DNA of 64,000 nt from Octopus sinensis (taxonomy: Eukaryota). Below the pieces are notes generated by a model. The model ran no database searches, was not told where the DNA came from, and saw only the letters and a program-made list of their open reading frames with translations. Below are positions 25,427 through 36,598 of this stretch, piece after piece. Made by a program: the position numbers and the translations under genes. Numbering within the stretch: the first letter of the stretch is position 1; each line of letters begins with the position of its first letter. The stretch lies in the NCBI RefSeq assembly GCF_006345805.1, contig NC_043002.1, positions 35,092,001 through 35,156,000 on the forward strand. Reading direction: 5' to 3'.

Positions 25427-26515
25427 GTTAGAAATCATTTATTTTTAACATTGAAATTTCTTTTAGTTCTTTGTTATGACTGTGAGGAAACATTTTTTAT
25501 TTTATTTAACTGTCAGGGAATGTATACTTTATTTGATTTATCTAACAATTGATAAATAACAAGTTAATGATTTGATGGTTACATATTTCTAATGAGCCAA
25601 TTACTTGGTTTATTGCATTTTTGAGAGCAAGAGTATGGGAGTGTATGTAATATCAGTGCAGAGCAAATATTGCAAAGGATTTCACTTAAAGAGCATTAGT
25701 TCCTTTAGTTCCCTCCTAATGTTTACATCTTTTACTGACATACATCAGCAAAAGACAAGCACATACATACATGCATTCACTCATTGTTTTACTTCTGCTT
25801 GCCATTCTGCCATAGCTTGGATATATTGTTACAATCTGAGTTGATTCCCACTTGGAATTATTTCCCTTTGAGATGTGTTGGAGGACCACATCTCACTAAT
25901 ATGTTTTGTTTTGGTATGATTTCTATGGCTTTTCACAATGCTAACTGTTGGTCCAGTGAATAGGAGAGATGGCAATTAGAGATAAGAAAGTACCAAGTGG
26001 ATGAGAGTGGCAACAGAAGACTTTGTTGGCACAGAAAGAATTTCTATAAAGTTGTTTGACTTGCTAGAATTGAAAAGATAATTCATCACTACATCTCAAG
26101 AAAATAAAAGCTCACAGCTGGAACAGTTTTTTATCCAAATTCTGTAGGATCAGAGCTGATTGGGGTTAGCAGTGAAGTGAATTGATATTGTTATAATGTT
26201 TACAGTGGATGCGACAGAGGAAGAGAAATGATGAATAAGAATTACATGACTATGTTGAGTTACTGATGGGAACCAAAAGCAAAAGTATTTGGCTCAGAGA
26301 TGTGATACAAATGGTTATATAATAGCAAATTTCCTTTCTTTAAAATTAATAACCCATCGTCAATTTTCAGGTTATTTCTTGGAAAATATATCAAATGCTT
26401 CTCTAAATTTGAGGGAACAGCTTATTTTCAACATAGAAATGAAAATGAAAATCGTTTAATATATAATCTTGAAATAACGAACATGTTTTATCCTTCCTGT
26501 TTTTTTCCCCTCCAG

Positions 26516-26577
26516 TTGAAGATAATATTAAAGAGCAATTAGCTGCTGCAAATTTGAAGGCATCTGTTGAAGATGTG
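26516..26577 (+). CDS. CCDC12: CCDC12 exon 3
   Basis: ctccag|TT GAA..GTG|gtaagt: (V)EDNIKEQLAAANLKASVEDV. Confidence 0.93.
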
Positions 26578-26835
26578 GTAAGTTTATACCTCCTTATTTG
26601 CTAAATGAGTAACATATTTACTGATTATTCTTTGTGCTAGCATTAAATAGGTCTGAAATACATGATCTTTACCTGTTTCTTAATCTCATTTGTAATCTCA
26701 TTTCACCAGTGTAATTTTATTAATTTAATGACTTGTTTTATATTATTATCTTTGACACCTAGATATTATATCTCTTCAGTTAACATCAATTATTACATAT
26801 TCTCTCACAGACCAATCTTACCTTTTTAATCACAG

Positions 26836-26947
26836 GATCTATTTAATCTTGCTCCTCGCAAACCTGATTGGGATCTAAAAAGAGATATATCCAAAAGATT
26901 GGCAAAACTGGAGCGTCGCACTCAAAGGGCTATTGCTCTCTTAATAC
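26836..26947 (+). CDS. CCDC12: CCDC12 exon 4
   Basis: cacag|GAT..ATA C|gtaagt: DLFNLAPRKPDWDLKRDISKRLAKLERRTQRAIALLI, the Cwf18 signature. Confidence 0.97.
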
Positions 26948-27148
26948 GTAAGTGTTTGCTTTGTATACTTTTGATACCCAACTAGATTTTGAACTCTTAG
27001 ACACTAAAGTAAGATCTGCTATCAACTAGTCACATTGGTACAAGCTGCATCTATATAAGATGAAATTAATAATCAAGTATCTTCACTGTTTATTTTGTAT
27101 ATTTTCTTTTGAGATTTTATTGAATTTTTTCAATGTTTGTATTTTCAG

Positions 27149-27246
27149 GGGATCGTCTGAAAGGAAATAGTCAAGATCTAGTAACTGCTATGAATGCAAC
27201 TGATTCTTTAGCTAAAGGTGATGAAGAGGATGCTGACAATGATTGA
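27149..27246 (+). CDS. CCDC12: CCDC12 exon 5 (to stop)
   Basis: ttttcag|GG GAT CGT..GAT TGA: (R)DRLKGNSQDLVTAMNATDSLAKGDEEDADND*. Exons total 495 nt, 164 aa. Confidence 0.94.
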
Positions 27247-27591
27247 TGTCTCCATTTTGCGATGTTATATGACAGGTTCAGCTAAAATCTATCTTGGTGT
27301 CTACATACTACAACAAAGAAATAATTGAAGAAACTAAGCAATAGCAGCACTTATTTGTAAATATATTCTGAATGAGGCAGAAAAAACTCTTGGATAGAGA
27401 AAAGGGTTTTCAAAGTAAAAAAATTGGTTTCACTCAGACTTAATGTTTTTACTATATTATCTCACTTTGTATATGTTGCTTTCTGACATGAAGTCTGAGA
27501 GTTTATGGTGATGACAAATGGGAAGATGTGATGTTTGTTTATATTCTCCCAAGGGGTTTCTGTAAGTAAACTGAAGCAACCCCAGCTACAC

Positions 27592-27597
27592 AATAAA
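27592..27597 (+). terminator. Candidate CCDC12 poly(A) signal
   Basis: AATAAA about 345 nt after the stop codon. Confidence 0.45.
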
Positions 27598-27989
27598 ATA
27601 TTTTTAATCAGCTTCTGGTTTCTGTTTGTTCATTTAATGTCTGTTTTCCCATACTAGCTTTTAGTGTGAGGTATTTGAGTCAGGATTTTTGTGAGCAAGT
27701 AAAAGACTTTTCATTCCAGAGAAATTCACAAGAATTATGTTAGTTGATAATTTGCAGTACAGCTACAAATGCCATCTCTAAGAGACTTTGTTTTAAAACC
27801 ACATCTTGCTTAAACACCAGTGTTTCAATTTCATTTAGAAAATCCTCAACAAATTCCATCCAACTCATGCAGGATTGGGAAAAGTGGTTATGTTTGGAAT
27901 GGTTTAAAATGATGATGGTGGTGATGTGCAGCTAATCTTGCTCTGTAGCACTATTTATCATTGAATAATCATTTATGAATTTGACTTCG

Positions 27990-28446
27990 AGTGTGATCGT
28001 TACCAGCATCGCCTTACTGGCACTTGTGTCCGTGCTAGTAGGGTGCCAAGAGCACCAACCGAGCATGGTACTTTCTTATCTCTAATTGCCATCTCTCCTA
28101 TTCACTGGACCAACACTTAGCATTGTGAAAAGCCATAGAAATCATGCCAAAACAAAATATATTAGTGAGATGTGGTCCTCCAACACTGGTACCTGTGCTG
28201 GTGGCATGTGTAAAAAGATTCGAGCGAGATCGTTGCCAGTACCGCCTGACTGGCCCCTGTGCCGGTGGCATGTAAAATGCACCCACTACACTCTCGGAAT
28301 GGTTGGCATTAGGAAGGGCATCCAGCTGTAGAACCTCTGCCAAATCAAGATTGGAGCCTGGTGCAGCCATCTGGTTTGCCAGCCCTCAGTCAAAATCGTC
28401 CAACCCATGCTAGCATGGAAAGTGAACGTTAAACGATGATGATGAC
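27990..28446 (+). mobile_element. Short RTE-tail element
   Basis: Same modules and (GAT)n tail as the other copies. Confidence 0.8.
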
Positions 28447-29378
28447 AATGACTTGACTTTGTCAGCAATCTTCAATATTATAGTTATAAACACAAATATA
28501 TACAAAATATGAGGGAATTTTTCCAAAGAAAGAATCAATTATATAATCTATTCTTTATGTACTTTCTTTTTTTTTTAATATAAACTATGTAGTTGCGTAA
28601 AATATATAATTAATATATTGTTTGATTCAATATTATAGTGTCTCTAGCAGATTGTTGGTGAGAGTTTCATGCAATATTTCTTCTGGGTTTTGTTGTTACT
28701 ACAACAATTTCATAGAGTCACAACTATAGTGCATAAAACACTCCTGCCTTTGTTAAATATATATTTTATACAATCACTAATTTATATTTTAGAAAACAAA
28801 TCTTTACATTCTGAGTTTAAATTCCACTGAGGTCAACTTTGCCTTTCATCCTTTCAGGGTTGATGAAATTAGTACCAGTTGAACACCAGGGTCACTGTAA
28901 TGGACTTACCCACTCCCCTGAAACTGCTGGCCTTGTGCCAAAATTTGAAATCAAAACTAGGGTGGCAGATGTATTGTAAAATATGTATCTTGTGGTGCTT
29001 GGAAATTGCAGACCTAGGCAACAATATCTTTGCTATTTATTTCTAATGTGTTCCATAGTGAAGATGACCACAAGAGCTGATTACCTTCAGTATTAAGGGA
29101 AATGTTCAATATTCTGAGTGAAACATTTCTATTGCACTTTCAGGTAGTAAAAATATAGTGTATACACTTACCACTGTTTTGGGTTTTGTTTAGCTCTGAC
29201 CCTCCCATCTTTTATTTATACATTGTGTATCTAGAACTACTTTATCTAAAGTTTGCTTTTCTCCAAAAAAAAACATGAACAAGAAAAACACATACACTGA
29301 GTATGTCCAGTCAATAAATGAATAAATATGTGTGCATGCGTGTGTGCTTTATTGTTAAAGATGCAAAAATATCACAAT

Positions 29379-29420
29379 AAAGTGCTACTCAGAGTTTCAC
29401 GTTCCCATTCATCAGACTTT
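29379..29420 (-). ncRNA. Minimal type I hammerhead ribozyme-like motif
   Basis: Minus strand: AAAGU-CUGAUGA-AUG[GGAA]CGU-GAAA-CUC[U]GAG-UA-GCACUUU. Intact core, GNRA-capped helix II, near-palindromic helix III, GUA triplet. Confidence 0.6.
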
Positions 29421-29787
29421 TTTGATTGAGAATAGAACAAAAATTAAGGTTATCTGTAAAAATATACAATTTACATTGACAGATATATCTGTCAATGTAA
29501 ACTGTATTTTTATACAGATAACTTTAATTTCATATGAAAATTCCTGTCCCACAGTTGTTTCCATATCCAATTGGATATGGAAACAGCTGTAGGACAGGAA
29601 TTTTAATATCTTTGAATAAACTGATGTCTGGATGTCAGTTTCTCCATTTTCTTCCTTTTCTCATTTATAAATATTTTAAACACCTATGCAAAACTAATAT
29701 ATTTAGTTTTCACTGAATACTGGTATAAACTGGAGAACTAGGAATCTAGAATCCCTTTAAAGGATTATAGGTCCTTGGCATATATAT

Positions 29788-30130
29788 ATCATCATCATCG
29801 TTTAACGTCCGATTTCCGTGCTAGCACCAGGCTCCAATCTGATCTGGCAGTGTTTCTACAGCCGGATGCCCTTCCTAACGCCAACCACTCCGTGAGTGTA
29901 GTGGGTATTTTTTACGTGCCAGGGGAGGCTGGCAGTGGCCACGATCAGTTGGTGCTTTTTACATGCCACAGGCACAGAAGCCAGTCAAGGCGGCGCTGGC
30001 ATCGGCCATGTTAAGATGGTGCTTTTTACGTGCCACCGGCACAGAAGCCAGCCAAGGTGGCACTGGCATCGGCCACGTTCAGATGGTTTTTTTATGTGCC
30101 ACCGACACAGGTATCACAACTACAATTTCC
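29788..30130 (-). mobile_element. Short RTE-tail element
   Basis: Reverse complement of the tail (catcatcatcgtttaacgtcc) and three module repeats. Confidence 0.8.
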
Positions 30131-30187
30131 ATTTGATATTTATTTTGATGTTGATATATATATATATATATATACATACATATATTT

Positions 30188-33100
30188 CTGGTAAGGCTGC
30201 TGCAGGAGAAATACGTAGCTAAAGATAAACCTTTGTACTTGGCTTTTATTGACTTGTAGAAAGCCTTTGACAAGGTTCCCTGATCCCTTATCTGGTGGTC
30301 AATGCAGAAACTAGGGATAGACGAATGGTTGGTGATAGCTGTACAAGTCATGTACAGAGACACTACCAGTAAGGTGAGGGTTGGCAATGAGTACAGAATT
30401 CAGGGAACAAGTTGGGTTTCACGAAGGATCAGTCTTCAGCCCCCTCTTGTTCATCATAGTCCTCCAGGCAATAACAGAGGAGCTCCTCCAAGCTGATGAC
30501 CATGTTCTTATAGTTGAATCACTACTAAAACTAGAAAAGTTCCAGGTATGTAAGCAAGGTCTAGAATCAAAGGTCCTTAGAGTTAACCTAGTAAAAACCA
30601 AAGTCTTTAGTAAGTAGGAAGGCAGACAAATCACAAATCTCTTCAGGCAGATGGCCCTACTTGATCTGTAGAAAAGACGTAGGTATAAACTCCATAAGAT
30701 GTACTGGGTGTAAGCTTTGGACTCATAAGAGGTGCAGCAATATCATAGGTAGGTTAACAGGGAAAATAGCTTTCGTGTGTGGGAGATGCACAGGTACAAT
30801 AAACACCAAAAATGTCCAGAAAATAGACACCATTAACTGCCAGGTGGGTAAGTTGGAAGTAGTAGATAGCTTCTATTATCTAGGTGACCAAGTTACTAGC
30901 AGAGGTGGATGCTCCAAGAGCATAGCTGTGAGAATAAGTATTGGCTGGACAAAGTTCAGAGAGCTCCTAAGTCTGCTGGCAACAAAGGGCCTCTCCCCCA
31001 GAGTGAAAAGCAGATTGCATGAAGCCAGTGTGTGAACAGCTATACTACGCTGCAGTGAACCATGGCCTGTGACAGCCGAGGATATGCATAGGCTTGAAGG
31101 AAATGAAACCAGTATGTTACATAGAGTGTAAGCATCTTGAGAGAAAAGTTGGGCATAAGGAGCATTATAGGTGGTGTGCAAGGATGATTGCACTGGTATG
31201 GACATGTGATGCATATGGACGAGAACAGCTGTGTAAAGAAGTGCTGGTTTCTAACTGTAGAGGGAATCTGTGGTAGAAGTAGACCCAGGAAGACATGAGG
31301 CAAGGTAGTGAAGCATTGTTTTGATTTTTTGAAAATTGTTGAAGAATTTGTGTTAAAATATTATTGTTAATATTTATTGTTAAACTATTCAAGATTGTTT
31401 TCCTACCCATATGTGGGTATTGAGCCTGCAAGCCTGTCTGCAGACGCGATGCAAATGAAAGGAATACAAATTGACAGAAAGAATTTAGAAAAATTCAAAG
31501 ATTTATTCAAGAAGGAAGGAGACTGTCTAAAAGTAACACCACCAAAAGAAGCAGTTGAACGAGCAGAAAAGAAAATCATTGTATACAGAACACTTAATGT
31601 CGAGATGAAGAAAACTGAAGTAGCAGAAATTGAAGAGATGGAGGAGTGCTTAAGTGAGATTAAGCAATTAACCACGTTCTGTGCAAGAGGTAGAAAATAT
31701 GGTACGGTGAAGGTGTGCTTTACGAGTGAGGAGGAGGCAAAAAGGCACACCACTGTACTCTTGAGAGTGGCTAGATGGGCACTTTTGCCTACATACTGTG
31801 GAAGAAGAGCTGCTAGAGTAAGAATCGGTAGAGTACTTCCGGAAATTGACCTAGAGTGACAGGTTGCAGCCATTATTCACAACTGCAAGGATGAGGTGGA
31901 GATCTTAAAAGTCGAGAAATCATGAGAGATCAACTGGTGGGGTTTTGGCATGGAAGTATTAGTCCATATAACCCTGCCAGTCCTGCATAACATATCGGAA
32001 GAATTGATGCTCCCCAACAAAACCCGACTGAGATTGGTGGTGGAAGAGAGACCTCCAATATGTGACAAATGTAAAAGTAGGGGCCATATGCAAGCAAAGT
32101 GTCCCTAAGAGAATTACTGGTTGAAGAGATAGAAGAAGAAAAAGGAAAAAAGGATGAAAGAGAGGAAGGAAAAGGGAGACCACCAATATGTTACAAATGT
32201 AAATGTAGGGGACATATGCAAACAGAGTGTCCCCTAAAAGAATCACTGGTTGAAGAGATAGAGGTTTGCAATGACGCAGAGAGAGAGGAAGAAGGAAAAA
32301 AGGATGAAAAAGAGGAAGGAAAAAAAGAATTAACTGCAGATAGAAAGAGAACATGTCTTGAATCACCACTAAAAAGTCCGAAAACAAAGAAAGGTAAAAA
32401 GAAAATAATGGAGGAAATGAAAACAACAGAACATTGAACCCGAGAATCGGAACAATCAGTGACTAGTGTAGATGTAGAGGAAATGGAGGTCAGACTTAAG
32501 CAGTGGAAGGACAGACTGACAATACAACTTGAATATGTAGAACGAGAAGGGAGACCAAAAGGAAAGAATTTAAGATTGTTGGTGTTTTACATGAAGGAGA
32601 TGGAATAAGAAAAGAGGTTGGCAAAAATGAAGGGATTAATACGAGTTAAATTGGATCCAAACATGTTTTATAGTGATCAGAAAGCTGTGTTATTGGACAG
32701 AGACCGAATGGAAAGAATGGAAGATTTGTTTCCTAGAAGTATAATGGGATCAGGAATAAACGTCCGTTATGAGAGTCTGCCGAATGTTGTTGAACAGGAA
32801 GAATTGATGGAGTTTATAAAAGACGTGAAATTTAAAAAAAAAAAGATTATAAACTGTATAAAAGAACAGTAAAATGAAACTGCGAGCTTAGCGGGGCTCG
32901 TAAACCATTCCATTCTATTCATTATAAATATTTCATTTTATATTTATTCTTCATTACATGTGCCCCATGTTTTGTGTTGTCCGTCCTTGTTATGTCCATT
33001 CTTTGTTCAGGCTACATGCCTATAATAAAGATTAAAGTGAAGCATGAACTTTGAACTTTGGGCCTTGCAGAGGCAATGACTAGTGACTGAGACCTTTGGT

Positions 33101-33565
33101 GATATGCTGTGCTTGAGAAAACCCATCAAAACCCATGAAATTGGAGTCATGGCTGCTGCTGATGTCACATAACTAGCATCCATGTTGGTGGAATGTAAAA
33201 AGCACTTTTTGATGGAGACATAGTGGCCGATGCCAGTGACATGTGAAAAGCTCCATTCGAGTGTTGGGCCTCATGGAGCAATGACCAAGACCTTTGGCTT
33301 TATGTCATGCTTGAGAAGACCAATCAAGCCAAGTAAAAGCAGAGTTGTGGCAGATACCAGTGTTATGCAAATGGCACCTGAGCCAGTGGCATGTAAAAGC
33401 ACCCATTACAAGTGGTTGGCATTAGGAAGGGCATCAAGCTGTAGAAACCATGCCAAATCAGACTGGGATCTGGTGCAGTCTTCCAGCTTGCCAGCCCTGG
33501 CCAAACCGTCCAGCCCATGCCAGCATAGACAACGGATGCTAAACAACGACAATGATGATGATGAT
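30188..33565 (+). mobile_element. 5'-truncated RTE LINE interrupted by a 1.7-kb insertion
   Basis: RT motifs KPLYLAFIDL*KAFDKVP, GSVFSPLLFIIVL, ADDHVL and GRSRPRKT to 31316; the sequence resumes at 33036 and ends in the (GAT)n tail at about 33565. Confidence 0.85.
31317..33035 (+). mobile_element. ORF1-only (HAL1-like) non-autonomous retroelement with two CCHC knuckles
   Basis: 10-bp TSD AGTGAAGCAT (31307-31316 and 33036-33045); broken ORF with CDKCKSRGHMQAKCP and CYKCKCRGHMQTECP; AATAAA at 33024-33029; no endonuclease or RT motif seen. Confidence 0.75.
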
Positions 33566-33916
33566 ATACACACACACACAAACCTTTTTCTATTGGACTG
33601 CACCCTTGCTGGAGCACCATCTAATGGTGTTTAGTCAATCACACTAAGCCTAGTATTTATTTTATCATTGGTCTCTAGTTGTGCTGTGTGAGGTCCAGCA
33701 TGTCAAAGAATAGACCCATTTCCTCTGCATGTCATAGAGGGAACTAAAAAAGGTCAAGGTAGGATTTGCACTCTGACTAGCAACAACTAACCAAACAAAC
33801 CCATGAGTTAGAGGGTTGTCACCCGAGTGATGCAGAGGCATCATCCACCAGAAATAGTAGGGAATCACCAACAAATGGTGGATGCAGCAATGTGCTGTTG
33901 CAGAGCATGCTCCCAT

Positions 33917-33947
33917 ACTACTACTGCTGCTGCTACTACTGCTGCTG

Positions 33948-33993
<46 letters not shown>
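33917..33993. repeat. (CTA)n/(CTG)n microsatellite
   Basis: Seen directly. Confidence 0.95.
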
Positions 33994-35509
33994 ATGTGAT
34001 GTGCATGGATGAGGATAACTGTATAAAAAAAGTGCTGATCATTTAATGTGGTTGGATCTCATGGGGGAGGGAGACCCAGGAAGACATGAGATGAAGTGGT
34101 GAAGGCTAATCTCAGGATCCTGTGCCTCGTTGAGATGACAAAGAACTAAAATATCTGGCAGTATGAGGTTCTTGAGTAGACCCAACCATTTCAGGGAAAC
34201 TGAGTTCTAGAAGCATTAGATATATTGTTCTCTCCACCCATACACTACAGTGATTCATTCCATCGACCACCCAACTGAACCAATGCTTGCCTCTTTCCTT
34301 AACATTCCTGCAGCCTACCCAACCATGTCATCTTTCTTGTCCTTCCCCTGTCAACTATAGCATCATTACTATTCTGCCACTCTGCTCCCTTCTGCATCCC
34401 TCTATCTTCCTCAACCTATGACTTATCAGTTATCCACCCTTCAGCCTCACCCAATTTTTATAATTAGTTTGCTTTGCCATCACCTCAACTCCTACACCCC
34501 ATACAATCTTGCAAGTCCCCACCCTCCCCATCTACTCACCTTGTGTCTTGAGGAGCCATCCAGGTACTTCATCACCATAATCTATCTCATTGCAGTACCT
34601 GCAGACCATTTCTCTCCCTCACCTGATAAATACGAGCAGCTATGCAATTCCTCTACAAGAACCTGCTCTGCTCCTTCCTTCTTTCATACTTTAACCTCTC
34701 ATGCCCTAGCATAAAGCCGATCCTTCTTCCCTTAAGGTTCATAGTCTTGTGAGCTGCTTGGCAACCTCAATAATGCTGGAGGCATGAAAAACAAACACCC
34801 AGGACTCACTCTAAAGTGGTTGGTGTTAGGAAGAACACCCAGCTGTAGAAACCATGCCAAAGCAGGCACTGGAGCACAGTGCTGTCCTTGGACCCATTGG
34901 ATCATGTCAAACCATATATACACACACATACAGACACATGTATACATCTGTATCAATCACTGTGTGTGTATACATACACAGACAGACAGACAGATAGATA
35001 GATATGGCATCTGGTTAAGAAGTTTGCTTCCCAACCTTATGGTTTGGGGTTCAGTTCTACTTGGATAAATATCTTTTATTAAAGGTCTGTGACAACCAAA
35101 TCTTTGAGTGAATTTGGAAGTCATTAACTGAAACAAGCTTATCATATATAGAAATGTGTGTGTCAGAATGTGTGAAGGTGTGTTTTTTTATATCTCCTTG
35201 TCTTGGATTCACACAATAGTTGTAAAACAACTATTGTTGTTGTGCTGGAGGCATGAAAAACAAACACCTAGGACTCACTCTAAAGTGGTTGATGTTAGCA
35301 AGAACACCCAGCTGTAGAAACCATGCCAAAGCAGGCACTGGAGCAGTGCTGTCCTTGGGCCCATTGTATCATGTCAAACCATACACACACACACACACAG
35401 GCACATGTATACATCTGTATCAATCACTGTGTGTGTGATCATTTTCACACTCACCGGAAAAATTTCCACTTTTTGCTTATTTTCATTTTCCTAAAATTTT
35501 CGTTGTGTC

Positions 35510-35717
35510 TTGCAAGATACTTTATATGATTTCGTGTAAGCATATTCCACTTTTTTCTTATTTTCATTTTCCTAAAATTTTCGTTGTGTCTTGCAACCTT
35601 TTCAAGAGTCTTGACTCTTGAAAAGGTTGCAAGACGCAACGAAAATTTTAGGAAAATAAAAATAAGAAAAAAGAGGAATATGCTTCAACACACGAAATCA
35701 TATAAAGTATCTTGCAA
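35510..35717. repeat. Foldback palindrome, arms about 100 bp
   Basis: Centre caagagtc-tt-gactcttg (loop 35611-35612); arms match with few differences out to ttgcaagatac / gtatcttgcaa. Confidence 0.9.
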
Positions 35718-36553
35718 ACCAAATCCAAAGAGGAACTATTGTTGTCATACAAGCATTATCGTTTGTTTCCAAACTTCCAAGGAAGCATGTCCAGCTCTGG
35801 AGAAATATTACCTGAATTGGAATCAGGAGGCTTGGTGACAGGGAAATCACACAGCCATAGAAAATCTGCCTAAACTAATTCCATTTGAGTCATGCAAGCA
35901 TGGAAATGTTGACATTAAAATGATGGCAGTGATATAGATACATGTATGTGTGTATGGAAGTTTATATCTCATATATCCTTGCATGATGGTGCTTGAGCAA
36001 AACTGTGGTGTCATGTCTATATTCCTTGTAAACGATACATTCTGCAGTTGTAATTCTATACTTGTGAAGACCAGTGGAATTTTTTTTAAATCCCTTACTT
36101 GAAAAAAAACAGATAAGGGTTGGTGACATGATGGGCATCTGGCCAAAAAGTACTGCCTCATCTTCCAGCAACCCATACCAGCATGGGAAAGCAGATATGA
36201 CACAAATGAAATGTATGTGTCACTGTGTCGCGTTTATCAGCATTGCTTTTGTTTATATCAAAGCCTAACTTAGCAATTCAATAAATATAGATTGATAAAG
36301 TAAGTACTGGGTTTGATGTAATTGACTAAAACCCATAGAAACAGTGTCTTAATTTAGTAAAAGGATAAAACAATGTATGGTTTTTACGTTTATATATTTG
36401 TTTTGCAAGATTTTTGATGTGAAATCGTGTGTTGAAACAGATATTGTTGTATTTAGGAATGGTCATTTTGCCAGTTTAGCCAATAAAAACACACGCACTA
36501 TATATTTGGTGTTACTTTGCTTCAGCGTTATTTATTAATCTTAATCTTATTTT

Positions 36554-36598
36554 GGCCAGAGTTCTTTCGTCACACTCCTGTGACCTCATCAGTGGTCC
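36554..36598 (-). ncRNA. Hammerhead ribozyme motif in the PLE terminal region
   Basis: Minus strand: GGACCA-CUGAUGA-G-GUCACA[GGAG]UGUGAC-GAAA-GAAC-UC-UGGCC. 6-bp helix II with one extra G, 2-bp helix III, CUC triplet, CCA/UGG helix I; sense to the PLE. Confidence 0.7.
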
